In this document: in pieces, positions 48,343 through 57,354 of the stretch
How positions within the stretch are numbered: the stretch's first letter is position 1
Layout of the letters: each line of letters begins with the position of its first letter
Source of the DNA: Candidatus Latescibacterota bacterium
GTDB taxonomy: Bacteria > Latescibacterota > UBA2968 > UBA8231
Assembly: GCA_965248265.1 (NCBI GenBank)
Contig: CBDFJF010000001.1
Location: forward strand, 2,336,001 to 2,400,000
Direction of reading: 5' to 3'
DNA: 64,000 bases
Program-made: the position numbers and the translations under genes
Notes under the pieces: generated by a model
What the model was told of the DNA's origin: nothing
Seen by the model: only the letters and a program-made list of their open reading frames with translations
Databases searched by the model: none

Positions 48343-49653
48343 TCAGATGTAGCTGTTTATCAGGTTCTCCAGCATTTCTTCGCGGCCACTGATCTTAGTC
48401 GGCTCACCGTTGTCAAATACATAGCGTTCGAGTTCGGCGAAATTCGTCGTTCCCTTCATGATCTTCCGGCCGATCCCACTGCGGTACCCCTTGTAGCGCA
48501 CTGAGACGAAATCCCCGAGTACACCATCCTGGATAATCTTGTACGCCGTCACCAGGCCGCGGGCGAAGCTGTCCATGCCACCGATGTGGGCGTGGAACAG
48601 GTCGACGGGATCAAACGAGCCGCGACGCACCTTGGCATCGAAGTTGACGCCGCCTGTTCCCAGACCACGAGCACGCAACACCACCATCATCGCGTAGGTC
48701 GCCGAGTACAGGTCGCTCGGAAACTGATCCGTGTCCCATCCCAACAGGTAGTCGCCGCGATTGGCGTCGATGCTCCCCAGCATGCCTGCGCTGGCACATA
48801 CCGTCAGATCGTGTTCGAAGGTGTGACCGGCTAGGGTGGCGTGATTGGCCTCGATGTTGACCTTGAACTCATCCAAGAGATCATACGTGCGCAGAAAGTT
48901 GAGTACGGTGGCGGCATCGTAGTCGTATTGGTGCTTCGTTGGCTCCTTGGGTTTGGGCTCGACCAGAAGCGTGCCACGGAAACCGATCTTCTTCTTGTGC
49001 TCCACGGCCATATGCAAGAGGCTCGCCATCTGATCCTGTTCGTGCTTGAGGTCGGTGTTGAGCAGGTTCGAATAGCCCTCACGGCCACCCCAGAACACGT
49101 AATTGGCTCCGCTTAACTCCTTGGTGCATTCCATCGCCTTTTTGATCTGCGCCGCGGCGTAAGCGAACACGTGCGGATCCGGGTTGGTGCCGGCGCCGTG
49201 GGTGAAGCGCGGGTGAGAGAAACAGTTGGAGGTACCCCACAATAGACGTACACCGGTCTCCTTCTGCAGCTTCTTCGCCAGTTTTACGATGATATCGAAA
49301 CGCTGGTTCGTCTCCTTGAGCGTGTCTGCCTCGGGGGCGATGTCCCGGTCGTGCCAGCAGTAGAACGGCGCCCCGAGTTTGGTAATGAACTCGAAGGCGG
49401 CCCTCATCGTGTCCTCGGCTCGCTGCATCGGATCGGCGGCCACTTCCCAGGGCCGGTCATAGACGGGTCCGCCGAAGGGATCCGAACCCGTGCCTCTCAT
49501 CGTGTGCCAGAAGGCGACTGAGAACCGCAGGTGTTCGGCCATCGTCTTCTTGCCCACCTTCGCGTTCGCGTCGTAGTACTTGAACGCCAGCGCCTTTTTC
49601 GATTTGACTCCCTCGTATGGAATCTTGCCGATTCCTGGAAAGAACTCTTTCAT
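48343..49653 (-). CDS. xylA: xylose isomerase
   Basis: FWHT, HDRD, WGGREGY, EPKPKEP, NIEANHA, GWDTD, NFDAK. Confidence 0.96.
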   Translation of the reverse strand: MKEFFPGIGKIPYEGVKSKKALAFKYYDANAKVGKKTMAEHLRFSVAFWHTMRGTGSDPFGGPVYDRPWEVAADPMQRAEDTMRAAFEFITKLGAPFYCWHDRDIAPEADTLKETNQRFDIIVKLAKKLQKETGVRLLWGTSNCFSHPRFTHGAGTNPDPHVFAYAAAQIKKAMECTKELSGANYVFWGGREGYSNLLNTDLKHEQDQMASLLHMAVEHKKKIGFRGTLLVEPKPKEPTKHQYDYDAATVLNFLRTYDLLDEFKVNIEANHATLAGHTFEHDLTVCASAGMLGSIDANRGDYLLGWDTDQFPSDLYSATYAMMVVLRARGLGTGGVNFDAKVRRGSFDPVDLFHAHIGGMDSFARGLVTAYKIIQDGVLGDFVSVRYKGYRSGIGRKIMKGTTNFAELERYVFDNGEPTKISGREEMLENLINSYI

Positions 49654-49682
49654 GCCCGCTTCTCCCTTCTCATTGCTCTTTC

Positions 49683-50462
49683 TCACTCAGGTGTGACGTA
49701 AGCGGCGGTGATACCCCCGTCGACGACGAATGACGCACCGGTGACGAAGGAGGACTCGTCCGAGGCCAGGAACAGGACGGCCTTGGCGATCTCATCCGCT
49801 TCGCCGAAACGACCGATCGGGATGTGCACGAGGCGGCGATTTTTCTTCTGATCGTTATCCAGATATTTCATCAGCAATTCGGTGCGCAGTGGCCCCGGAC
49901 ACAGAGCGTTGACACGAATATTTTCCCTGGCGTGAACGACGGCCAACTCACGGCTGAGGGCGAGGACTCCGCCCTTGCTGGCGGTGTAGGCGATCTGTGG
50001 CGTGGCGGCCCCCAGCAGGGCCACGAAAGAGGCGGTGTTGATGATGGATCCCCCGCCGGCTCTCTGAAGCGCGGGTATCCCGTACTTGCAACCCAGGAAA
50101 ACGCCCTTGAGGTTGACGGCCATGGTCAGGTCCCACACGTCCTCGTCGGTCTGGGTGGCGTCGCTGTCACCGATGTGGGAAATGCCGGCGTTGTTGAACA
50201 GAATATGCAGATGACCCCAGCGCTGCTCGGTAACCTCCACCATGTGCTCACAGTCGGCAGCCGCGGCGACGTTGGCCTTTACCGCGAAGGCTTCCCCTGC
50301 CGCTTCCGACTCCTGAATCGCCGCCACCGTTGCCGCCGCCGCCTCGGCATCGATATCCACCACGGCCACGTTGGCCCCCTCACTGCTGAACAACAGCGCC
50401 GTCTGCCGGCCGATACCACTGCCGGCGCCGGTGATCAGGGCTGTCTTTTCGGCCAGTCGCAT
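49683..50462 (-). CDS. SDR family oxidoreductase
   Basis: TGAGSGIG, NNAG, YTASKGG, DGGITAAYVTP. Confidence 0.92.
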   Translation of the reverse strand: MRLAEKTALITGAGSGIGRQTALLFSSEGANVAVVDIDAEAAAATVAAIQESEAAGEAFAVKANVAAAADCEHMVEVTEQRWGHLHILFNNAGISHIGDSDATQTDEDVWDLTMAVNLKGVFLGCKYGIPALQRAGGGSIINTASFVALLGAATPQIAYTASKGGVLALSRELAVVHARENIRVNALCPGPLRTELLMKYLDNDQKKNRRLVHIPIGRFGEADEIAKAVLFLASDESSFVTGASFVVDGGITAAYVTPE

Positions 50463-50595
50463 TGCCACACAAAGCCTCAACTGAATGATCTACCGTTCGC
50501 GAGCCATCGGTGAGCACCGTAGGTTATCACCCTCACCCGGCACTTGGCAATGGTACGTAAACGGCCTGCCGAAACAAGGATGGAGCCCGACAAGA

Positions 50596-51903
50596 ATGGA
50601 CAATGACCGCGCCTTTGAAATGGCCACCTCCAACATCCGGTTTGGTCCGGGAATCACGGGCGAAGTCGGCATGGATCTCAAGGACATGGACCTGAATCGG
50701 GTCATCGTTTTCGCCGATCCGGCCTTGGCCGATCCGGCTCTAGCCGATCCGGCGCAAGCCGATCCGGCGCCGATGTCCCTGCTGCTGGAATCCCTCGAAT
50801 CGAATGACATCGCGCATACAGTATTCGACCGTATCAGCGTCGAACCCACGGACGCATCCTTCGCCGATGCGATCTCCTTCGCCCGGGGAGAACGCTACGA
50901 CGCCGTCGTCGCCCTGGGAGGCGGATCCACCATGGACACGGCAAAGGCGGCCAATCTCTACACCTCGCATCCGGCGGACTTTCTCGATTATGTCAACGCC
51001 CCGATAGGCAAGGGCCGGCCGGTACCGGGTCCACTCAAGCCGATGATCGCCATCCCCACGACCGCTGGTACCGGCAGCGAGACGACCGGCGTGGCCATTT
51101 TCGATTTCAAGGAGATGAAGGCGAAGACGGGTATCGCCCATCGCCGTCTGAAGCCGACCCTGGCCATCGTCGATCCGGACAACACGAGAACACTGCCTCC
51201 GGCTGTGGCCGCGTCCACCGGGTTGGATGTCCTCAGTCACGCCCTGGAGTCGTACACGGCCATGCCGTACGATCGACGACCACATCCCGACAGGCCAATC
51301 CTGCGACCGGCTTACCAGGGGTCCAACCCGATCAGCGACCTGTGGTCTCTCGAAGCCCTGCGTATGGTCGCCGAGTACCTGCCGCGTGCTGTCGCTGACA
51401 CGGGAGACGACGAGGCTCGGGGAAAGATGCTGTTGGCCGCCGCTTACGCCGGCATGGGATTTGGCAACGCGGGCGTGCATTTACCGCACGGCATGTCCTA
51501 CCCCGTCGCGGGCATGGTCGAGAGCTACATGCCACCGGGTTACACCGTCGACCACCCCGTGGTCCCGCACGGAACCTCCGTCATCGTCAACGCGCCTGCC
51601 GTCTTCCGCTTCACGGCTCCCTCATGTCCCGAGCGCCATCTCAAGGCGGCACAGATCCTGGGCGCCGATATCGCCGGGACCGACTCAGCATCGGCTGGTG
51701 AAGCGCTTGCCGAGTGTCTGATCGACTACATGCGTCGATTGAACATGCCGAACGGATTGAACGCATTGGGGTATTCGTCATCCGATATTCCGGCGCTGGT
51801 GCAAGGTACCTTGCCGCAGCACCGGGTGACGAAACTATCGCCGCGTCCGGCGGACGAGGATGACCTTACTTCTCTGTTCAAAGATGCCCTGACCTACTGG
51901 TAG
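50596..51903 (+). CDS. hydroxyacid-oxoacid transhydrogenase (iron-containing ADH family)
   Basis: GGGSTMDTAKAANL, DFLDYVNAPIGKG, PTTAGTGSE, RPAYQGSNPISD, GVHLPHGMSYP. Confidence 0.92.
   Translation: MDNDRAFEMATSNIRFGPGITGEVGMDLKDMDLNRVIVFADPALADPALADPAQADPAPMSLLLESLESNDIAHTVFDRISVEPTDASFADAISFARGERYDAVVALGGGSTMDTAKAANLYTSHPADFLDYVNAPIGKGRPVPGPLKPMIAIPTTAGTGSETTGVAIFDFKEMKAKTGIAHRRLKPTLAIVDPDNTRTLPPAVAASTGLDVLSHALESYTAMPYDRRPHPDRPILRPAYQGSNPISDLWSLEALRMVAEYLPRAVADTGDDEARGKMLLAAAYAGMGFGNAGVHLPHGMSYPVAGMVESYMPPGYTVDHPVVPHGTSVIVNAPAVFRFTAPSCPERHLKAAQILGADIAGTDSASAGEALAECLIDYMRRLNMPNGLNALGYSSSDIPALVQGTLPQHRVTKLSPRPADEDDLTSLFKDALTYW
50713..50772 (+). repeat. in-frame 15-bp tandem repeat x4 (ADPAx)
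   Basis: GCCGATCCGGCnnnn x4 encoding ADPAL ADPAL ADPAQ ADPAP. Confidence 0.85.
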
Positions 51904-51932
51904 CAAAGCGTCCTGTCTCAGGACACTCGCTG

Positions 51933-52674
51933 TCAGGCAGCGGTGGACAGAGCAAGGCCTGCCCATCCTTCGAAAACCGCACGACCCCGTGACTGCAATT
52001 GCGCCAGATGAGTGGCCGCTGCCGCAACAATCTCAGTTCCGTCCAACCGTTCCTGCGTCAGCTCCGCGGCGCAGGTGGCAACCAGATCGCGGACGATCTT
52101 CTCGGTCACCTCCATGTGGAAAAGCGTGCCGTAGGCATTGCGTCCATGGACGAACGCCTGGCATGGGGTGATGTCGGAGGAGGCCAGTTGCACGGTGCCG
52201 GCGGGAAGTGCAAACACGTCACCGTGCCAGTGGAAAGCGGTGAAGGCACGAGTCTGGATCTCAGAACTGGCCTCCATCAACGGCGACCAGATTTCATCGG
52301 CGGCCGCCCCTTCACTCAGCGTTACCTCGTGCCAGCCGATCTCCTTGCGCTCCCCACGTCGGACATCCGAGCCCAACACCGATGCCAGCAGTTGGCTGCC
52401 CAGACAGGTTCCGAAAATCGGCGTCTCGTCCTTCAATGCCCGGTCGATGAGATGCATCTCTTCACTCAGATGCGGATGGCGAGCCTGGTCGTAAACCCCC
52501 ATCGGGCCTCCCATGACGATGAGTCCGCAGACATCACGATCCAGTCGCTTCGGCACGGGTTCGCCGTCGAAGAGACGCACGTAGCGAGAAGTTAGCCCGC
52601 AGTTGTGCAGTACCTGCTCGATCGTGCCCAGCGTTTCGCAGGCGATGTGTTGGAGAACAACAGATTTCCGACAT
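51933..52674 (-). CDS. type 1 glutamine amidotransferase (GMP synthase-like), 1-nt frameshift near the 5' end
   Basis: VVLQH..E..G, MGGPMGVYD, GTCLGSQ, WHGD, FHME; ATG 52674 (MSEI) is one base out of frame with VVLQH. Confidence 0.8.
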
Positions 52675-52691
52675 GGTTGAACCTGGCGGCC

Positions 52692-53753
52692 TTATCCGAC
52701 CACTACCGGCTCCGGCTCAAGAATGATACCGAAGCGCTTTTCCACCGCTTCCTGAATCATCTCGCCCAGACGCACGACGTCGGCAGCCCGCTCACCGTGG
52801 GCGACGATGGCCAGGGCATGGTTCTCGGAGATACCCGCCTGGCCGTAGCGAAAACCCTTGCCGAATCCGGAGTTTTCGACCAGCCAGGCTGCGGGAATTT
52901 TCACACGCCCACCTGACTCTGGAAACTTCGGTATCTCGGAGCTGCGGTCGCCGACTGCCTGCCAGCGTTCCTCAACCGCATCCATCGGCGGACCGAGGAT
53001 GATCGGATTCAGGAAGTAGGAACCGGCCGAGCGTGCGTTCGGATCCTGCGGGTCGAGGACCATCGATTTGGTACGTCGCAGGGCGAGGACGGCCTCGCGT
53101 ACCGCGGGCGGGGTGGCGTCGCCGGATGCCTCCATGCGCTCACGCAGTTCGGGGTAATTCAACTCCACCCCTTTGACACCCCGGCGCAATCGAAAGCACA
53201 CCTGAGTAATGATGAAGCGGTCTCGATCGGCCGTCTTGAAGCGGCTGCTGCGGTAGCTGAACCCACATTCCTCCGCGGAGAAGGTGACCTCCTCAAGGCT
53301 GTCGCGATCCAGAGCCCGCACCTCAGTGATTGTCTGTGCCACCTCCTGACCATAGGCTCCGACATTCTGGATCGGCGTCGCACCGACCAGTCCGGGAATA
53401 CCCGAGAGGCACTCAATTCCACTCAAATCCGCCGCAATGGAGTGAACGACGAAGCCGTCCCAATCCTCTCCCGCCGCCGCCTTCAGGGTCACCCGCCCTG
53501 CACCATCATCGGCTATCTGCTCGATTCCCATGAGATCGACCTTGATAACCAATCCAGGATAGGTGCCGTCGGCGAAGATGGTGTTGCTGCCTGCTCCCAG
53601 AATCTGCACGGGAAGTGACCGCTCCCCGGCCCATTCGATGGAGGCGCGCAGCTGATCGAGGGTGGAGGAGGAGGACCAGTACCGGGTGCTGCCCCCTACT
53701 CCCATGGAAGTGTGAGGAGCCAGAGGTACGTGCTCCTGAACGGTGATGTCCAT
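52692..53753 (-). CDS. murB: UDP-N-acetylenolpyruvoylglucosamine reductase
   Basis: GAGSN, GIPGLVGATPIQNVGAYG, FSYRSSRFK, SAGSYFLNP, LEPEP. Confidence 0.95.
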   Translation of the reverse strand: MDITVQEHVPLAPHTSMGVGGSTRYWSSSSTLDQLRASIEWAGERSLPVQILGAGSNTIFADGTYPGLVIKVDLMGIEQIADDGAGRVTLKAAAGEDWDGFVVHSIAADLSGIECLSGIPGLVGATPIQNVGAYGQEVAQTITEVRALDRDSLEEVTFSAEECGFSYRSSRFKTADRDRFIITQVCFRLRRGVKGVELNYPELRERMEASGDATPPAVREAVLALRRTKSMVLDPQDPNARSAGSYFLNPIILGPPMDAVEERWQAVGDRSSEIPKFPESGGRVKIPAAWLVENSGFGKGFRYGQAGISENHALAIVAHGERAADVVRLGEMIQEAVEKRFGIILEPEPVVVG

Positions 53754-53921
53754 CGATTCACTTCCTCGCCGTGAATGAACGGTTTCCGCACACATACGTT
53801 GTGTCTGCACTGAGTTACTTCCTGAAGGATAACGAATGCGGCAATGGATTTCACGCATCCAGATCGTTCTCGCACGACTTCCACTGGCGGTTCCAGGCAC
53901 CGCGTGCCTATCCTCTGTTTC

Positions 53922-55274
53922 ATGCGGACGACGATCTTACCTGAACTCATCGATGACCCGGATGTGCGGATCTCCGAGGAGATGCTACGCAATTGCGTCC
54001 ACTGTGGGTTCTGTAACGCCACTTGCCCGACCTACCTGATTACCGGCAACGAATTGGAAGGTCCGCGTGGGCGTATCTACCTGATCAAGAGCATGCTGGA
54101 GGGTCGCATTCAGCCGTCCCGCCAAACGGTCGCGCACATCGACCACTGTCTGGGTTGCCTCGCGTGTGAAACCACGTGCCCGAGTTCGGTCGCCTACCGG
54201 CACCTGCTCGAGGACGCACGGCCGCGACTGGATGGCATGCAGCCGCGGACCTTCGGGGATCGCCTGTTGCGTCTGCTGCTGACCCATCTGTTGCCTTATC
54301 GGGGCCGCTTCAGACTCGCCATGCGACTGACCGTGCTCGGCAAGCTTACCGCACCCCTGTTACCGGCGAGGATGCGCAACCTGCTGTCGATGGCTCCTGC
54401 CCGGCTGCCTGCACGCTCCCGTACAACGCGTCCGGGCGTGTCCCCTGCGCAGGGCGAGAAACGGATGCGAGTCGCCCTGCTCACTGGGTGTGTTCAGCAG
54501 GTTCTGGGACCGCAGATCAACGACGCCACGGTGCGTCTGCTCAATCGCCTCGGTGCTGAAGTGGTGATTCCTCGGGAAATGGGGTGCTGTGGCGCCCTGA
54601 CCTACCACATGGGTGAACGCACCCACAGCCTGGGATTGATGAGACGCAATATCGAGGTCTGGCATGAGGAGATTGCCGGGGAAGGCCTGGACGCCATTGT
54701 CCTGAATACGTCAGGGTGCGGCACGGTGGTCCGTGACTACGACCACATCTTTCGCAACGAACCGGCCATGGCGGAAAAAGCCCGCGCCGTCGCCGAGTGC
54801 GTCAGGGATATTTCAGAGGTCGTCGCCGATCTCGGCCTTCCCGCCACGACGGACACCTCCTCCGAGCGACCCGCGAAGGTCGCTGACGGGCTGCGTGGAC
54901 GGATCGCCAGATCCGTCAAGCGACCCGTAAGGGTCGCCTATCATGATGCGTGCTCCCTGCAACACGGTCAGCGGGTGAAAGAGGCACCGCGCGTGCTGCT
55001 CGCTCAGGCAGGCTTCGAAGTCGTCGAGGTTTCGGAGGGGCATATCTGCTGTGGAAGTGCTGGAACCTTCAACATGCTCGAGCCCGATCTTGCCGCCCAG
55101 CTGGGTGCGCGCAAAGCGGATGCCGTCACTCAAACCGAGGCTGATGTGGTGGCCGCCGGCAACATCGGCTGCATGGAGCAGATCGGCGGCGGCGTGGCGA
55201 TTCCGGTCGTCCACACGGTTGAGCTGCTGGACTGGGCGACGGGCGGTCCGTGCCCTGAGGCGCTCACTCAGTAG
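53922..55274 (+). CDS. glcF: glycolate oxidase iron-sulfur subunit
   Basis: CVHCGFCNATCPTY, GPRGRIYLIK, CLGCLACETTCPS, two CCG domains. Confidence 0.9.
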   Translation: MRTTILPELIDDPDVRISEEMLRNCVHCGFCNATCPTYLITGNELEGPRGRIYLIKSMLEGRIQPSRQTVAHIDHCLGCLACETTCPSSVAYRHLLEDARPRLDGMQPRTFGDRLLRLLLTHLLPYRGRFRLAMRLTVLGKLTAPLLPARMRNLLSMAPARLPARSRTTRPGVSPAQGEKRMRVALLTGCVQQVLGPQINDATVRLLNRLGAEVVIPREMGCCGALTYHMGERTHSLGLMRRNIEVWHEEIAGEGLDAIVLNTSGCGTVVRDYDHIFRNEPAMAEKARAVAECVRDISEVVADLGLPATTDTSSERPAKVADGLRGRIARSVKRPVRVAYHDACSLQHGQRVKEAPRVLLAQAGFEVVEVSEGHICCGSAGTFNMLEPDLAAQLGARKADAVTQTEADVVAAGNIGCMEQIGGGVAIPVVHTVELLDWATGGPCPEALTQ

Positions 55275-55287
55275 GCACGCCGCGGCG

Positions 55288-55926
55288 TCAGGCAGTCTCG
55301 CGCGCGGATGCGCCGGCCTGGATAACGAGCTGTTCGAGAATCTCGTAGGGTTGCGCCCCGACCACTTCCCGACTCCCCGCCATCGCAAAGGTCGGAACAC
55401 CGGTGACTCCCTGCTGCCTGCTACGCTCCCAATCCTCGTGCACGGCGGCGCGAAAACGGCGCGTTTGAAGCGCCTCGCGACAGGCTACTGATGGCAGTCC
55501 GACTCGCTCGGCGATAGCCGCCAGATTGTCCACATCGCCAATGTTGACGTTGTCGACGAAGTATGCCCTGAAGAGTGCATCGTGGATGCGATCGCCCGTT
55601 GGCCCCTGGCCCACCGCCCACATCGCCAACTCCTGGGCCAGGAGGCTGTTATATGTCATGATACGGTCGCCGTAGGGTAGCCCCTCCACCGCCATCAGCG
55701 TCTTCATGTGAGCCTGTGCCGCCGTAATGTCGATGGGCCGGCCGGCAAACGACTGGGCCAGCGTCTGCCCTTCGGCCGGCGTCTCGGGATGCAGTGGAAA
55801 ATGGACGAAACGGACTTCGATGTGGTATGCCTGCCGCAAACGCTCAATACGCACGGTACTGAGATAGCACCACGGTCACACGTAGTCGGAATACACCTCG
55901 AGTACGGCAGGATCGGACAGGCTCAT
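55288..55926 (-). CDS. DsbA/FrnE-family thiol oxidoreductase, predicted selenoprotein (UxxC, Sec17), 212 aa
   Basis: ATG 55926 gives MSLSDPAVLEVYSDYV-U(TGA 55878-55876)-PWCYLSTVRIERL, in frame with ORF 55288-55854; replaces the family motif SDxxCPWC; GVTGVPTF and VVGAQP downstream. Confidence 0.9.
55843..55875 (-). promoter_or_regulatory. bacterial SECIS-like hairpin
   Basis: Stem CTCAGTAC/GTATTGAG (one G-U), loop CGTGC, 20 nt after UGA. Confidence 0.72.
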
Positions 55927-56697
55927 TCGCCCCTCGGATCAGCCCGCAGAGATTCCAGATTGTCTTTGAGCACAGCCATCCCATAATTCAATACGCTGCC
56001 GACATTGAGCATCTGATATCCCCAGCGGATTTTCTCCTGGATCTCGGGGACCTCACCCAGTGTGGTCGCCGCCACGATGCCCGTCCCTTCCAGGCGCCGG
56101 GGTACATCCTGCATGATCTCCTGCACCTCTTTGCATCCGGTCTGCGTCGCTTTGCCGAGTGAGGCGGACAGATCCATCGGCCACCATGATGACGTCGATG
56201 CCCTCCACCTTCACGATTTCGTCCAGATTCTCGTACGCCGTGACGCTCTCCATCTGCACGATCAGCACAGTCTCTTCATTCGCCGTGACGATGACGTGCT
56301 CGAAATCCTCTCCGACGATGATCTGCCAATTCGGAGAGATTCCGCGGTTACCCAAGGGTGGATAGCGCGCGTAGTCCACCGCCCGTGCCACAGCGTCTGC
56401 GTCATCCACCTGCGGCACCATCACAGCGACGGCGCCGGCATCATAGGTCTTCTTTATCAATGCCGGATCGTTCCAGGGTACCCGCACCACTGGCGCCACG
56501 CCGCGCAGACGCATGATCGCACATGCACCCGGGAGCGCTTCGGTGCCAAAGGGCTGATGTTCGGTGTCGATCCAGATGAAATCAGGTTTCGCACTGGCGA
56601 TGGCGCCGACCAGGTGCAGTGACGGACCGACGACGACGCCCGAGCCGAGGACGATCTCTCCACTCTTGAGCTTGCCCTTCAGCGGATTCGGGTACAT
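55923..56697 (-). CDS. HpcH/HpaI aldolase family protein, frameshifted near 56180
   Basis: DFIWIDTEH, VRVP, YPPLGNRG, VQMES, GIDVIMV then MDLSASLG in another frame (expected VGPMDLS). Confidence 0.82.
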
Positions 56698-56769
56698 GGA
56701 TATCTCCGTAGTGTTGATTGAGTATGGGATTGACGGATGAGAGGGACTACTAACAACCAGCGGCGCCGC

Positions 56770-57330
56770 TCACAGGACCAGCTCGATCTGACTGAGACTC
56801 TTCTTGTCCAGGTCCCTGAGATTGGCGATCTCGAAGCGGTTGCCGTCCACATCGACGAGCAGTAAGCGAAAATCGCCCAACCACTGCGCATTTTCGGTCA
56901 CGTTCTGGACGACGAACTCCCTCCGCCCACGATCCGTGCTCACATCCCAGTAAGAAGTCCCGAACTCCATACGGACTGAGTCGACGCGTTGGACCAGAGA
57001 GGTCAAATAACGGCGGTCGAGCTCCTCCGCTATGATCGTTTGAACCTCATCGTCGAGTATGGTTGGATCGGAGATGAGGCAGACTTCCTCGTCCTTGGCA
57101 TCGAGCAGACTGATATGGGTGTCGGGATGGGTCAGCGGGGCTGCCCGCACGATTTTCACCTTGGTGTAGGAACGGTCCCCATCGATGGTGAGCCGAAGCT
57201 GCCACGCCGGCTCACGGAAGAGACGGATGTCTCCGATTTCGACGGTCTCGGGATGAGTGACCGTGATCGGTGTCACCGCCAACCCGTCGGGCTTGCCGTT
57301 CTCCTTCGTCTTGTTGAGTTCCTCAGTCAT
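56770..57330 (-). CDS. DUF1854 domain protein
   Basis: VRAAPLTHPD..ISL, EELDRRY, YWDVSTDRG, DVDGNRF....LD..S; follows the ABC pair. Confidence 0.85.
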   Translation of the reverse strand: MTEELNKTKENGKPDGLAVTPITVTHPETVEIGDIRLFREPAWQLRLTIDGDRSYTKVKIVRAAPLTHPDTHISLLDAKDEEVCLISDPTILDDEVQTIIAEELDRRYLTSLVQRVDSVRMEFGTSYWDVSTDRGRREFVVQNVTENAQWLGDFRLLLVDVDGNRFEIANLRDLDKKSLSQIELVL

Positions 57331-57354
57331 CTATATGCCATTGAGTGTATTCCT

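Noticed and set aside
56170-56190. programmed ribosomal frameshift in the aldolase
   Set aside because: No slippery heptamer; codons for the conserved Gly-Pro appear to be missing bases, which fits an assembly error
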